Shown here piece by piece: positions 19,298 through 29,603 of a stretch of 53,409 nucleotides of DNA. The notes under the pieces were generated by a model. The model saw only the letters and a list, made by a program, of their open reading frames with translations, was not told the DNA's origin and ran no database searches. Position 1 is the stretch's first letter. The number at the start of each line of letters is the position of its first letter. The translations under genes and the position numbers were made by a program. Source of the stretch: a virus (Duplodnaviria; Caudoviricetes); the IMG/VR virus record IMGVR_UViG_3300020042_002363, positions 1 to 53,409 of that record; one strand, 5' to 3'.

Positions 19298-21004
19298 ATG
19301 GGCAAAAATATTAAGTATGGTGAGTTTACTTTTAGCAAACCAAAGCCTCGTCCAACTGTAAAGGGATATGCATTTGGTGGCGCTACTGAGCCAGTTGCTG
19401 AACCAATGACTGCTAAACAGCCAATGGGAATGTCACCACCATTAGTACAAAAACCCATGCAAAAACCAGTAGTGACTCCTGCTCCTCTAAGCCCTGCTAT
19501 GCAGCGTCAGCAAGAGAATCAAGCGGTTATTAATAAAGCAAATGCAAATCCCAATAGAAAAGGAAACCCGCTTCTAATTGATCCTGTTGCGATGAAAGGT
19601 GCGACTGATAGGAACATGGCGATTAGGCAAGCTACTGATGCTAGACATAGAGCAGAAGCAAAAGCAAACGCTATACCTTCTAAAAACCCATACGCTCGTA
19701 GCACCATGCCCATAGCAAGACAAAAAGGCGGCAAGGTTGGTTTGTGGGACAACATTCATGCAAAGCAAGAGCGGATTAAAGAAGGCTCTGGCGAGAAAAT
19801 GCGAAAAGCTGGCTCTAAAGGCGCTCCTTCTGCACAAGATTTCAAAAACTCCGCTAAAAAGATGCAACAAGGCGGTGAAGTAAAAGGTTATGCGGCAGGT
19901 GGTATGTATGAATTGGATGATGCACCAATTCAACGAAGAGATGCCAAAGTAAAAGCTATAAAATTAAGGTTAGCTGAAGAAGCAAAAAGAAATGCTGCTC
20001 AATCTAAAAACCGCGCTGAACAACAAATGGGTCAAGGTAAGGCAAATTTATTGCCAAGCCCTGCTAGAGCGCCAGATACTGATACCCCTAGCCAAATGAT
20101 GAAAATGCAAAAAGGTGGTGAGGTAAAGGGTTATGCGGCTGGCGGTATGTCTGCATTAACTAAAGCAAAAGCTCCAATGTCAGCTAATAAGCCAGCAATG
20201 GGTCAAATGCCATCTTATGCTCAAAACCTTGCAAACCAAACTCCAACAAGTTTGAGCGGGATGAAACTTCCACCTCCTCTTCCTATGGCGCAGCCAATGG
20301 GTGGGCAGATGGGTGCTTTAAGCAACTTGATGCGCCAATATAATCAACAGGGTATAGGTATGCAGCAACCAATGGGAAATATCCCTAATTTTGCTCAGCC
20401 TTACATGAATCAGGCTAATCAGCCAATTGGCTATCCACCTCCGCCACCTACACAGCAGCCAATGGGTGGAGTTCCTGCTTATGCTCAGCCTTTTATGAGC
20501 CAGTCAGCAACTCCTATGATGGGCGCTAATAGGTCGCCTGTGAACGCTCCTACGCAATCTGGTATGCCTCCACAAATGGCAGGTATGGGTTTAGGTATGG
20601 GCGCTAGTCTTGGTTTCAAAAAGGGCGGAGACGTTTCTAAAGGCAAGGCTAAAGCTATGGAAGCTTCAGCAAAAGATAAGTCTCAAGACAAAGCAATGAT
20701 CAAAAAGGCTATGAAGCAGCATGATCAGCAAGAGCATAAAGGCGGTAAAGGTACTGTTTTAAAGCTTAAAAATGGTGGGAAAGCTCCTGTTAAGGGCGTA
20801 AAACTAGTTGGAATGAAGCGTGAACCTCTTGCTATGGTTAAAAAAGAGGTTTCTTTGCTTAAAAAGGCTGGCGCACCAGCAAAAATGATTAAGCATGAAG
20901 AAATTGAGGCTGCTTCGCCAATGTCTTCTATGGGTGGTATGCGAAAAGGTGGCGCTGCCATGAAAAAAGGTGTTCCAACCTTTAATCGCACCCCTAAATG
21001 CTAA
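19298..21004 (+). CDS. Basic low-complexity protein built of xxxGG-delimited peptides
   Basis: 568 aa, K/M/Q/P-rich, at least 9 xxxGG motifs. Confidence 0.8.
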   Translation: MGKNIKYGEFTFSKPKPRPTVKGYAFGGATEPVAEPMTAKQPMGMSPPLVQKPMQKPVVTPAPLSPAMQRQQENQAVINKANANPNRKGNPLLIDPVAMKGATDRNMAIRQATDARHRAEAKANAIPSKNPYARSTMPIARQKGGKVGLWDNIHAKQERIKEGSGEKMRKAGSKGAPSAQDFKNSAKKMQQGGEVKGYAAGGMYELDDAPIQRRDAKVKAIKLRLAEEAKRNAAQSKNRAEQQMGQGKANLLPSPARAPDTDTPSQMMKMQKGGEVKGYAAGGMSALTKAKAPMSANKPAMGQMPSYAQNLANQTPTSLSGMKLPPPLPMAQPMGGQMGALSNLMRQYNQQGIGMQQPMGNIPNFAQPYMNQANQPIGYPPPPPTQQPMGGVPAYAQPFMSQSATPMMGANRSPVNAPTQSGMPPQMAGMGLGMGASLGFKKGGDVSKGKAKAMEASAKDKSQDKAMIKKAMKQHDQQEHKGGKGTVLKLKNGGKAPVKGVKLVGMKREPLAMVKKEVSLLKKAGAPAKMIKHEEIEAASPMSSMGGMRKGGAAMKKGVPTFNRTPKC

Positions 21005-21073
21005 TAAGTTAATTTATAATCTAGTCTCTTGAGATCGCTGTTTCAGCGAGCTGCGACTTGAAGGAGAATAAAA

Positions 21074-22060
21074 GTGGCGGTTTCTGGAACAGTTTCTCAA
21101 ACTGTATTTAATACTCGCAAAATTATTGATCATGCGTTTCGCAAATGCCGTTTGCCGCCTGAAGGGGTTGGTGGCGAGCAAATGGTTACCGCTCAAGAAA
21201 CTTTGTACCTATTGCTATCCGCTCTGGCAAACAGAGGGTTGCAGTTATGGTGCATTGAAAAGCTAATCCTTCCACTCCAACCAGCTAATGCAGAAGTCCC
21301 AGTTGGCAATGGAATTGTTGATTTACTTAATACAAATTACCGCACAGTAGAAGCTCAAACTGGTGTCACTACTGTAACAAGTAGTTCATATACAGTAAAT
21401 TTTACTAGTCCAACTTCAATATCTACAGTAGGTCTGCTTTATGGTTCTAATGTAAGCACTAATTATTTAGTTCAAACTTCTACAAACGGAACTACTTGGA
21501 CGACTCTGCTCGTAATGGATGCTGCTGGTTTAGCTAATAAGTGGACATGGAAAGACGTTCCAGTACCTATAACCACTTCATACATCAGAGTTTTTGGTTA
21601 TGGGGTAGGTTTTGCACCTGCTCAATTTGTATTTGGTAACACACCAAATGAAATACCAATGGCTCGTTTGAATCGAGACAGCTATGCAAATCTACCAAAC
21701 AAAGCATTTGAAGGTAAGCCTTTACAGTTTTGGTTAGACAGAACTCTTGATGAGCCAATCATGTACATATGGCCTGTCCCAAGCGCATCAACCGCAATAG
21801 CTCAAGTTACTACCTATGTGAAGCGTTACATCATGGATGTAGGTACATTGACTCAAGAAATTGAAGTCCCACAGCGTTGGTATGAAGCTATTGTGTATCA
21901 GTTAGCAGCAAGGTTTGCAGAAGAGCTTCCACAAGTTGACCCTTCAATGATTCCTATTATTGATCAGAAGGCTATGAGGGCGCTTAATGAAGCAGAGATG
22001 GAAGAGCGTGATAACTCTCCAATTTATTTCACTCCTAACATTGCGGTGTATACAAGATGA
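21074..22060 (+). CDS. Head-tail adaptor / tail tubular protein A-like with inserted beta domain
   Basis: II..AFR.C, NRGL.LW, Y..LPNK...G.P.QFW, IWPVP, P.RWYEAI...LA. Confidence 0.7.
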   Translation: MAVSGTVSQTVFNTRKIIDHAFRKCRLPPEGVGGEQMVTAQETLYLLLSALANRGLQLWCIEKLILPLQPANAEVPVGNGIVDLLNTNYRTVEAQTGVTTVTSSSYTVNFTSPTSISTVGLLYGSNVSTNYLVQTSTNGTTWTTLLVMDAAGLANKWTWKDVPVPITTSYIRVFGYGVGFAPAQFVFGNTPNEIPMARLNRDSYANLPNKAFEGKPLQFWLDRTLDEPIMYIWPVPSASTAIAQVTTYVKRYIMDVGTLTQEIEVPQRWYEAIVYQLAARFAEELPQVDPSMIPIIDQKAMRALNEAEMEERDNSPIYFTPNIAVYTR

Positions 22061-22284
22061 GCATTTGGTACGATCCAACAGGCAAGTCATCTTATGGCAT
22101 TGGTCTTTGCGACCGATGCAGTAGAAAGATGTCCATTACTGATTTATATTCAGACCCTAACAGCCCCGGACTTCGGGTTTGTCGTGAGGACTTAGATGAT
22201 CTTGATCCATACCGCTTACCAGCTCGACAAACGGAAAACATAACATTGCCGTTTGTGCGCCCAGATAGACCATTGGAGGGTTAA
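22057..22284 (+). CDS. Small Cys-containing tail-module protein
   Basis: G.CDRC...GLRVC..D.D..DP...RPD. Confidence 0.75.
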   Translation: MSIWYDPTGKSSYGIGLCDRCSRKMSITDLYSDPNSPGLRVCREDLDDLDPYRLPARQTENITLPFVRPDRPLEG

Positions 22285-24090
22285 ATGCCAGTAATTATTA
22301 CAAAAAATAGTTCCTCTGCTGGGGCAGTTCCATCAGCAGGTCAGTTAGTTCGTGGTGAATTAGCAGTTAATGTAACTGACAGAAAATTATATACACTCAA
22401 TGCAAGTAATGCTGTTGTCCTTCTTTCTTCTGGTGAAATAACTTTAACTACTACTGGTACAAGTGGTGCAGCAACTTTAGTTAGCAATGCTTTGAATATT
22501 CCAATTTATGGAAATGGCACTGTAACAAGTTTAAGCGTTGCTTCTGCAAATGGATTTGCTGGAACAGTAGCAACTGCCACAACAACACCTGCAATTACTC
22601 TTACTACTAGCGTTACAGGCATCATCAAAGGAAATAGTGGCGGTCTTTTTGCTGCTGTAGCTAATACTGATTTTCAATCTCCAGTTAGTTTGACTACTCT
22701 TAATACAAGTGGTGCTGCTACTTTTAGCAGCAACATATTAAATGTTCCTCAGTATCAGGGTGTCATTTCATTGACTACTACTGGTACTTCTGGTGCTGCT
22801 ACATTCTCAACTAATACTTTAAATATTCCAAACTATGCGGTTGCGGTAGCTGCTACCCCTACTGCTCTTGGTCTTGTTTATGGAGCGACAAATTCTGGAG
22901 CTACAGCTAATACTGCATTAGGAAATAATGCAGCAATTAATGCTTCTGCTACTTCAGCAGTTGCTGTTGGTGTTGGATCAATAATTGGTTCTGCTGGCGG
23001 GTCAGGAACAGCCGTAGGAGCATCTGCATCAGTTACAGGAACAAATGGCACTGCAATAGGCTCTTCCTCTTCTTCTGTTACAAATGGTGCTGCTTTTGGC
23101 TCTGGATCAAATGTTTTGGCTTCTGGAGCTGCTGCACTAGGCTATAACGCAGATGTGCAAGCTACTGGAACAAGTGGTATTTCAATTGGTAATGCGGCAT
23201 CAGACTCTGCCCCCTCTGGTATAGCTATTGGAGCATCAGCTAATGTTGGTGCAACATCAAATAATGGTATTGCTATTGGAACAGGCGCAACAATTTTAAC
23301 TTCAAATCCAAATGCAATTGCAATTGGCTCTTCAGCAGGTGCAAGTAATTCTGCTGTTGCAATTGGGCCAAGTGCAAGCGCTCTATCGGTTAGTGCTATA
23401 GCTATTGGTGGTAGTGTTTCAGCTTCTGCCTCAAATGCTATATCTATAGGCACATCAAATGCAGCTTCTGCCACAGATGCTATCTCTATAGGCAGATCAA
23501 ATGTAGCGTCTGTTGCAAGATCAATTTTGATTGGCTCACAAATTAATGGTGCTGCTGGCGCAATGATTGTATTAAGCACTCAATCTACTGCATTTACACC
23601 AGCAAATGCAGGTGTGTTTATTAATACACCAAGAACTTCTACTAACACAGCATCTTTTTCTGGTGGATCAGTACAGTGTGATTTAAATACTAAAGAATTG
23701 TTTTTTACAAATGAATCATTTAATGCTTATGGTGTTAATTTTCAAAGGCAAGGCGCTCCAACCGCATTTAGTGCTGCTGCAACTGTAACTGCTGCTCAAC
23801 TAGCAACTGGAATTTTTACATGTACTGGAGCTAGTACATATGCGTTAACAATGCCAGCTGGCACTTCTATTGATACTCAATTTCCAATATTGACTACTAA
23901 CAGTATTACAAACATTTCTTTTGATCTTGCAATCATTAATAATTCTTCAACAGCTCCCATAACAATTACTGCTGGTCTTGGTTGTAGTTTGGGTAGTGGT
24001 CAAACTTCTATTGCTGCATTAACTTCTGCAATATTCAGATTCCGCAGAACTACAACTGGTACTTATTTATATTACAGGATTTCAACATAA
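22285..24090 (+). CDS. Fibre protein with YadA-head-like repeats
   Basis: GELAVN.TD.KLY N-terminus; many A.AIG..A.A repeats of about 14 aa. Confidence 0.8.
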   Translation: MPVIITKNSSSAGAVPSAGQLVRGELAVNVTDRKLYTLNASNAVVLLSSGEITLTTTGTSGAATLVSNALNIPIYGNGTVTSLSVASANGFAGTVATATTTPAITLTTSVTGIIKGNSGGLFAAVANTDFQSPVSLTTLNTSGAATFSSNILNVPQYQGVISLTTTGTSGAATFSTNTLNIPNYAVAVAATPTALGLVYGATNSGATANTALGNNAAINASATSAVAVGVGSIIGSAGGSGTAVGASASVTGTNGTAIGSSSSSVTNGAAFGSGSNVLASGAAALGYNADVQATGTSGISIGNAASDSAPSGIAIGASANVGATSNNGIAIGTGATILTSNPNAIAIGSSAGASNSAVAIGPSASALSVSAIAIGGSVSASASNAISIGTSNAASATDAISIGRSNVASVARSILIGSQINGAAGAMIVLSTQSTAFTPANAGVFINTPRTSTNTASFSGGSVQCDLNTKELFFTNESFNAYGVNFQRQGAPTAFSAAATVTAAQLATGIFTCTGASTYALTMPAGTSIDTQFPILTTNSITNISFDLAIINNSSTAPITITAGLGCSLGSGQTSIAALTSAIFRFRRTTTGTYLYYRIST

Positions 24091-24311
24091 TGGAAGCCCA
24101 ATTTCTAATTAACTGTGTGATTGGTATAGCTGCTTTTTTTGGTGGCTGGATACTGAACAGTATGTCGAAATCAATCGTTCGTCTTGAAGACAAGGTTGCA
24201 GACATGCCTCATGTGTATGTTCAGAAGGATGACTACCGCAGAGATATTGATGACATTAAAGGAATGCTGAAGCAAATTTTTAATAAGTTAGACAATAAAG
24301 CTGACAAATGA
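24090..24311 (+). CDS. Small membrane protein (holin/antiholin-like)
   Basis: One N-terminal TM helix, YV.KDDY, coiled coil ending KADK. Confidence 0.6.
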   Translation: MEAQFLINCVIGIAAFFGGWILNSMSKSIVRLEDKVADMPHVYVQKDDYRRDIDDIKGMLKQIFNKLDNKADK

Positions 24312-24320
24312 AAGTAAATC

Positions 24321-24941
24321 ATGATCGACCCGATGACCATAGGGTTAGCTATACAGGGCGTAAGGCTCGTAGTTAACGCAGTTAAATCAGCAGCCGATGA
24401 GGCGCGAGAAGCTGTTGATAGTATCCAAGAGTGCGTTGACTCAGGAAAAAAGTTAGGTCAATCACTTTCACCTGTGAAAAAGTTTTTTGCGGCAGCAAGT
24501 AAGTATGAAACAAACAGAGCGCAGTTAGAAGTTGCAAAGAAAAAGCAAGATGAAGCAATAGCAAATGGACAGCCAGTAGATGATCCAATAAGTGATGCTG
24601 AGTACGTGATGGACATGATGGCAGCAGATCGAGAGATTGCACAGTATTACGCTCAGATCAAGCATGTCATGATTTACCACTTTGATGAGAGTGGAATGTG
24701 GGAAGAGTTCTGGGAACGCATGAATAAAGTGCGCCAAGAACGTGCAGAGAAAGCAGAAGAAGCTAGGAAAGCAGCAACAGAAGCACGACTTGCTTTAGTG
24801 GCTGAGAAGATGCGCAAGAAACGCAAACTCGCTAGGACTATGAATATAGTTTACAACTGTTTAGGTGGTTTTGTTATTACGCTAATCATCGCAGGTTTTG
24901 GTTGGTTTATTAAATGGATGTTTGATCAAGGGGCAAATTAA
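24321..24941 (+). CDS. Membrane protein in lysis cassette
   Basis: MIDP.TI start, coiled coil, C-terminal TM helix. Confidence 0.65.
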   Translation: MIDPMTIGLAIQGVRLVVNAVKSAADEAREAVDSIQECVDSGKKLGQSLSPVKKFFAAASKYETNRAQLEVAKKKQDEAIANGQPVDDPISDAEYVMDMMAADREIAQYYAQIKHVMIYHFDESGMWEEFWERMNKVRQERAEKAEEARKAATEARLALVAEKMRKKRKLARTMNIVYNCLGGFVITLIIAGFGWFIKWMFDQGAN

Positions 24942-25427
24942 ATGCTGACACTATTATCAACAACACTGTCGTTCTTAATGGGTGGTTTGCCTAAGTTGCT
25001 TGCTTTCTTTCAAGATCGTTCAGACAAGAAGCATGAGTTGCAATTAGCTCAAATGCAGATGGATCAGCAAATGAAAATGCAAATGGCTGGCTTTGCTTCT
25101 CAAGAGAAGATTGAAGCTATTCATACTGAGCAGATTCAGATTCAAGCTGATGTACAAGAACGACAGGCTCTTTATCAGCACGATATAGAAATAGGTAAGG
25201 GTGCGTCGCAATGGGTAATTAACCTGCGCTCATCAGTGCGCCCAGTAGTGACTTACATGTTTGTGTTGTTGCTAATGATTGTAGATATATCTGGCATTTT
25301 CTGGGCATGGTCTAGTGGATTGGATTTCTACAAAGCTATGCAGTACATCTTTGACCAAGACGAAATGCAGATTCTCGTTTCTATTATTGCATTCTGGTTT
25401 GGTACGCAAGCATTTAGTAAGAAATGA
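24942..25427 (+). CDS. Holin (3TM, GTA-holin-like)
   Basis: DKKHEL, W...LR.SVRP.VTY, II.FWFG; precedes lysozyme. Confidence 0.8.
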   Translation: MLTLLSTTLSFLMGGLPKLLAFFQDRSDKKHELQLAQMQMDQQMKMQMAGFASQEKIEAIHTEQIQIQADVQERQALYQHDIEIGKGASQWVINLRSSVRPVVTYMFVLLLMIVDISGIFWAWSSGLDFYKAMQYIFDQDEMQILVSIIAFWFGTQAFSKK

Positions 25428-25921
25428 AAATATCAGATCATTGCTTGTTGTCTATTAAGCAAAATGAAGGTGTAAGGTTTAAGCCATACCTTGATCACAT
25501 TTTGCTTTGGACAACTGGTGTAGGGCATTTAATTGCACCTCAAGAGCATATGAAAATGACATGGGATGAGCGCAAAGTTGCTAAGGCTACGGGGCAGTTA
25601 ATATGCCCACCTGAATGGGATAGGAAGTTGACTAATGAAGAAGTCGATCAGATACTCAAGAGTGATTTACGACGTTTTGAATCTGGTGTTTTACGTTATT
25701 GCCCCTCTAATATTACTCAGGGAAGATTTGATGCTTTGGTGAGCTTTTCATTCAATTGTGGGCTTGGAGCTTTACAGCGTTCTAGCATTAGAATGCGCCA
25801 CAATCGAGAGGATTATGAAGGGGCGGCAGATGCTTTTATGTTGTATAACAAAGCCGCAGGTGTTGTAAACAAAGGTTTGACACGCCGTCGCGGTGAAGAA
25901 CGAGCAATGTATTTAAGTTAG
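25424..25921 (+). CDS. Endolysin, GH24 lysozyme
   Basis: EG.R.KPY.D....WT.G.GH, FDALVSFSFN.G, GL.RRR.EE. Confidence 0.93.
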   Translation: MKISDHCLLSIKQNEGVRFKPYLDHILLWTTGVGHLIAPQEHMKMTWDERKVAKATGQLICPPEWDRKLTNEEVDQILKSDLRRFESGVLRYCPSNITQGRFDALVSFSFNCGLGALQRSSIRMRHNREDYEGAADAFMLYNKAAGVVNKGLTRRRGEERAMYLS

Positions 25922-25928
25922 GAAAAAT

Positions 25929-26582
25929 ATGCCAGTAGCAATGACATTTCAATCACTAAGAGATGATGTAAGAAATTATCTTGAGCGTGGAGCTTCTGCT
26001 GCTACAGACCCAATAGTCTATGAGCAGATACCAAAGCTTATTAACTTTGCTGAGCGCAGGATTGCTCGTGACATAAAGATTCAAGGGTTTCAAACTGTTG
26101 TTACAACTGCTATGCAAGCAGGAATTGCTGTTATTGCTAAACCAGACAGATGGAGAGAAACAGTATCTATAAATATTGGAACTGGGGCTGGTGAAAACAA
26201 CAGGCAATTGTTATTTACTCGTAGCTACGAATATTGCAGAACATATTGGCCTGATGAGACAGCTACTGCGCAACCTCTATTTTATGCTGACTATAATTAT
26301 CAGCATTGGGTATTTGCTCCTACTCCTGATGTGGCATACCCAATTGAAATTGTTTATTACGAACTTCCACAATTACTTGATGAGACAAATCAGCAAAACT
26401 GGCTAACAAATTTTGCTCCGAATGCATTGCTTTATGGAACTTTACTTGAAGCTACACCATTCTTAAAGAATGATGAGCGCATACCTGTATGGCTTAATTT
26501 TTATCAAATGTCTATTGATTCATTGAATACAGAAGACATGAAGAAAATTATAGATAGATCGACTACAAGGCAAGAGGCTTAA
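25929..26582 (+). CDS. Head-tail adaptor protein
   Basis: I..AE.RI.R, APTPD..Y, NWL...P..LLYG.L.EA..FLK.DER. Confidence 0.75.
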   Translation: MPVAMTFQSLRDDVRNYLERGASAATDPIVYEQIPKLINFAERRIARDIKIQGFQTVVTTAMQAGIAVIAKPDRWRETVSINIGTGAGENNRQLLFTRSYEYCRTYWPDETATAQPLFYADYNYQHWVFAPTPDVAYPIEIVYYELPQLLDETNQQNWLTNFAPNALLYGTLLEATPFLKNDERIPVWLNFYQMSIDSLNTEDMKKIIDRSTTRQEA

Positions 26583-26584
26583 TA

Positions 26585-27712
26585 ATGACAACTTACACTA
26601 ATATTTTTGGCGGCTCAAACATTGCTGCTGCTGATGCTTCTTATTCATCTTATTCTTTAACTTCGGCAGATATAAATTTATCTTGGCCTATAGAAACCAA
26701 TGCTGATTCTAATTTAGCTACGACAATAATAGATGTAATTCCTTACACAGCAAACAGAACACTTTATTTGCCTAGAGCAAATGAGGCATCAGTAGGAAGC
26801 ACAATTTTATTTAATAACCTTGGCGTCGAACAATTCAATGTAAAAGACGTTAGCGGTAATTTAATAGTTGCGCCAACTCCGGGGACTATTTGGCAAATTT
26901 ATTTAGTCTCTAATTCAACCGCAAATGGCTCTTGGAGAGCTTACCAATATGGTGCTTCATTATCTGTTGCAAATGCTGCTGCACTAGCTGGTACTGGAAT
27001 TATTGCGCTTGGCTCTGTACTCTCACAGTCAATGCCAATCTCAACGTATTCATCAAACTATACTTTATTGATACCTGATCGTGCTAAAACCTTTTTATGG
27101 AATGGTGGAGCTGGTGTATTTACATTACCAGAAGCAGTCCAAGCTGGAAACAATTGGTTTGTACAATTTAAAAATGGCGGCTCAGGAACTGTTTTAGTTT
27201 CCACTATTGGTTCAGATTTGATTGATGGATTTACTTCAGTCTATTTGCAGCCGCAAGATTCTTGTATTGTTATGACTGATGGTCAGAACTACTACACACT
27301 AGGTCTAGGTCAAACAGCAAGCTTTGCTTTTGACTACATATCAATTAATGTGGCTGGCTCTGGAAACTATACATTAACTGGCTCTGAATTAAATCGTATT
27401 TCTTATAACTTCACTGGTTTGTTAACTGGCAACAGAACTATTATTGTACCGAATACAGTACAGCAATATTGGGTAACAAATTCAACCACAGGTGCTTATA
27501 CCTTAACAATAAGAACGACACTAGCAACTGGTGTTGATATTAATCCTAATACAGCATCAATTTTGTACTCTAATGGAACGCAAGTTAGGTTTGCAGATAG
27601 TAGTGGTGTTGGTTTCCCTATTGCAATTTCTCAGGGTGGAACTGGCGCTACATCAGCGGCTGCTGCTGTAATTAATTTAGGCTTAAACCCAGTTGATGGT
27701 GGAGGCTTCTAA
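26585..27712 (+). CDS. Tail structural protein
   Basis: Beta-rich; FTG.LTGNRTI.VP, AISQGGTGATSA. Confidence 0.7.
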   Translation: MTTYTNIFGGSNIAAADASYSSYSLTSADINLSWPIETNADSNLATTIIDVIPYTANRTLYLPRANEASVGSTILFNNLGVEQFNVKDVSGNLIVAPTPGTIWQIYLVSNSTANGSWRAYQYGASLSVANAAALAGTGIIALGSVLSQSMPISTYSSNYTLLIPDRAKTFLWNGGAGVFTLPEAVQAGNNWFVQFKNGGSGTVLVSTIGSDLIDGFTSVYLQPQDSCIVMTDGQNYYTLGLGQTASFAFDYISINVAGSGNYTLTGSELNRISYNFTGLLTGNRTIIVPNTVQQYWVTNSTTGAYTLTIRTTLATGVDINPNTASILYSNGTQVRFADSSGVGFPIAISQGGTGATSAAAAVINLGLNPVDGGGF

Positions 27713-29343
27713 TGGCTGCTAAGCCTGTCAGGGTAATTTCTAAAGCGGGTATTAAACGCGATGGAACTAAATTTGAGGGTGACTATTACGTTGACGGACA
27801 ATGGGTTCGTTTCCAGCGTGGGTTGCCTCGTAAAATTAATGGGTACAGAAATGTAACCGATTATCTAGCAGAGATTAGTCGTGGAATGAAGTCATTCACG
27901 CAAAATGAATCTACATACATTCATTCTGGCGGCACTAGCTTTTTAGAAAAATTTACGCTTGATGCTGATGGACTTGCAGGTATTGTCTATGATAGAACAC
28001 CTGCTACATTAAATAGCCAGTTAGATAATTCATGGCAGTTTGATGTTTTGTATGATTCAATCAGTCTTGTACCAAGCAACAAGCTTATTGCTCAAGCAGC
28101 TCCAAACCTTGCCTCTTTGTACAACTCTTTATCTGGGCAGGTTTTTTATGGGGACATGCAAGAGAATGACCGCCTTATTGAGCTTACATTGCCTGAAGGT
28201 GTTTCTGCTAGTGGCGGTATTTGTGTATTACATCCATACCTAACTATTTTTGGAACTGATGGTTCATTAGGATGGTCAGTCCCCGGAAACCCTGCTGATT
28301 TAGTTGGCGAAGGTTCTGGTAATGCTCGTATTGCAGCACAAAAAATTGTTCGTGGATTACCTCTTCGAGGTGGTCCGGGCAATTCTCCTTCAGGATTGTA
28401 TTGGTCAACTGATGCCGTAATCAGAGCTTCATTCATTGGTGGGCAGCAGGTATTCCAATTTGACACGATAACTTCAGCCTCATCAGTTTTGTCTCCCATG
28501 TCAATAATTGAATATGACGGAGTTTATTTCTGGATTGGTGTTGACCGTTTCTACATGTTTAATGGTGTTGTACGAGATGTAGAAAATGTTTTGAATATTA
28601 ACTATTTCTTTGATGGCTTAAACAGGGAATACGCTCAAAAAGTATTTGCTTACAAAGTTCCTAGATTTGGTGAAATCTGGTGGTGCTATCCAAGAGGTGA
28701 CGCTGTAGAGTGTAGCCACGCAATTATTTACAATGTTAAAGAGAATACTTGGTACGACACTGAATTACCCAATGGTGGGCGTTCTGCTGGCGAATTTATC
28801 CCTCGTTATGCAGTCCCATTTCTTACTGGTGTTGAATATAACTTTAATAGACCAGCAGCCGATATTCGTCAAACTGAAGCTGGATTAATAAGAACGACCG
28901 TTTCTGGCGACATTAGAACTTTGTTCCAATCAAACAACTACAAGCTTTGGGAGCATGAGGTTGGTGTTAATGAGATTGATGTTAATTTCGTAATACCTAT
29001 TCAGTCTTATTTTGAGACTGCCGACATGAGTATATTGATAACAAATGGACAAGATAAGTCATTGCGTTGTGAGTTGTTAGAGCCAGATTTTGTGCAGTCT
29101 GGAAACATGACTGTGCAAATTACTGGTAGATCAAATGCTAGGTCAAAAGAAATAACTGGTGAGGTAAAAACTATAGTTGCAGAACCAACAACTCCTTATG
29201 AGCAGGTTGTATATTTTAAAGATATACGAAGAGAGATGCGGTTTAGGTTTGAGTCTAATACTTTGAATGGCGACTACCAAATGGGTCAGGTAATTGCTCA
29301 CATAGAAGAAGCTGATGGAACTGTGTTAGGAGCAACAAATTGA
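27712..29343 (+). CDS. Tail nozzle/stabilisation protein (P22 gp10-like)
   Basis: GI.RDGT..W.RF..G.P.K, FGEIWW.YP, YN..E..W; size and position. Confidence 0.75.
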   Translation: MAAKPVRVISKAGIKRDGTKFEGDYYVDGQWVRFQRGLPRKINGYRNVTDYLAEISRGMKSFTQNESTYIHSGGTSFLEKFTLDADGLAGIVYDRTPATLNSQLDNSWQFDVLYDSISLVPSNKLIAQAAPNLASLYNSLSGQVFYGDMQENDRLIELTLPEGVSASGGICVLHPYLTIFGTDGSLGWSVPGNPADLVGEGSGNARIAAQKIVRGLPLRGGPGNSPSGLYWSTDAVIRASFIGGQQVFQFDTITSASSVLSPMSIIEYDGVYFWIGVDRFYMFNGVVRDVENVLNINYFFDGLNREYAQKVFAYKVPRFGEIWWCYPRGDAVECSHAIIYNVKENTWYDTELPNGGRSAGEFIPRYAVPFLTGVEYNFNRPAADIRQTEAGLIRTTVSGDIRTLFQSNNYKLWEHEVGVNEIDVNFVIPIQSYFETADMSILITNGQDKSLRCELLEPDFVQSGNMTVQITGRSNARSKEITGEVKTIVAEPTTPYEQVVYFKDIRREMRFRFESNTLNGDYQMGQVIAHIEEADGTVLGATN

Positions 29344-29567
29344 TAACTTTACCTATTATAATAGGATTAAGAGATTGGGCTGACCAGATCGTTCTTGACC
29401 TGAGTATTTACGGCAATATGCCTCAGCTTGATGATGAGAATAAGTGGCAGGAGTGGGCTGTCTCTTTATGTGCAATTGCTGACATAACTTCAAAAAACCC
29501 ACCTGATGCACTTTCTTTCTCAGACTGGCGTGAATGGGCTAGTCGTTTTGCACAAATAATGGCATAA
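29340..29567 (+). CDS. Small Trp-rich conserved protein
   Basis: DWA..W.EWA..F.DW.EWA pattern; coupled to nozzle gene. Confidence 0.7.
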   Translation: MITLPIIIGLRDWADQIVLDLSIYGNMPQLDDENKWQEWAVSLCAIADITSKNPPDALSFSDWREWASRFAQIMA

Positions 29568-29603
29568 ATTATTTGGCTACATTTTTAATAAAAGGATTTA
29601 ATT

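Noticed and set aside
13927-24090. Diversity-generating retroelement acting on fibres
   Set aside because: No reverse transcriptase, and repeats differ at synonymous sites rather than only at adenines
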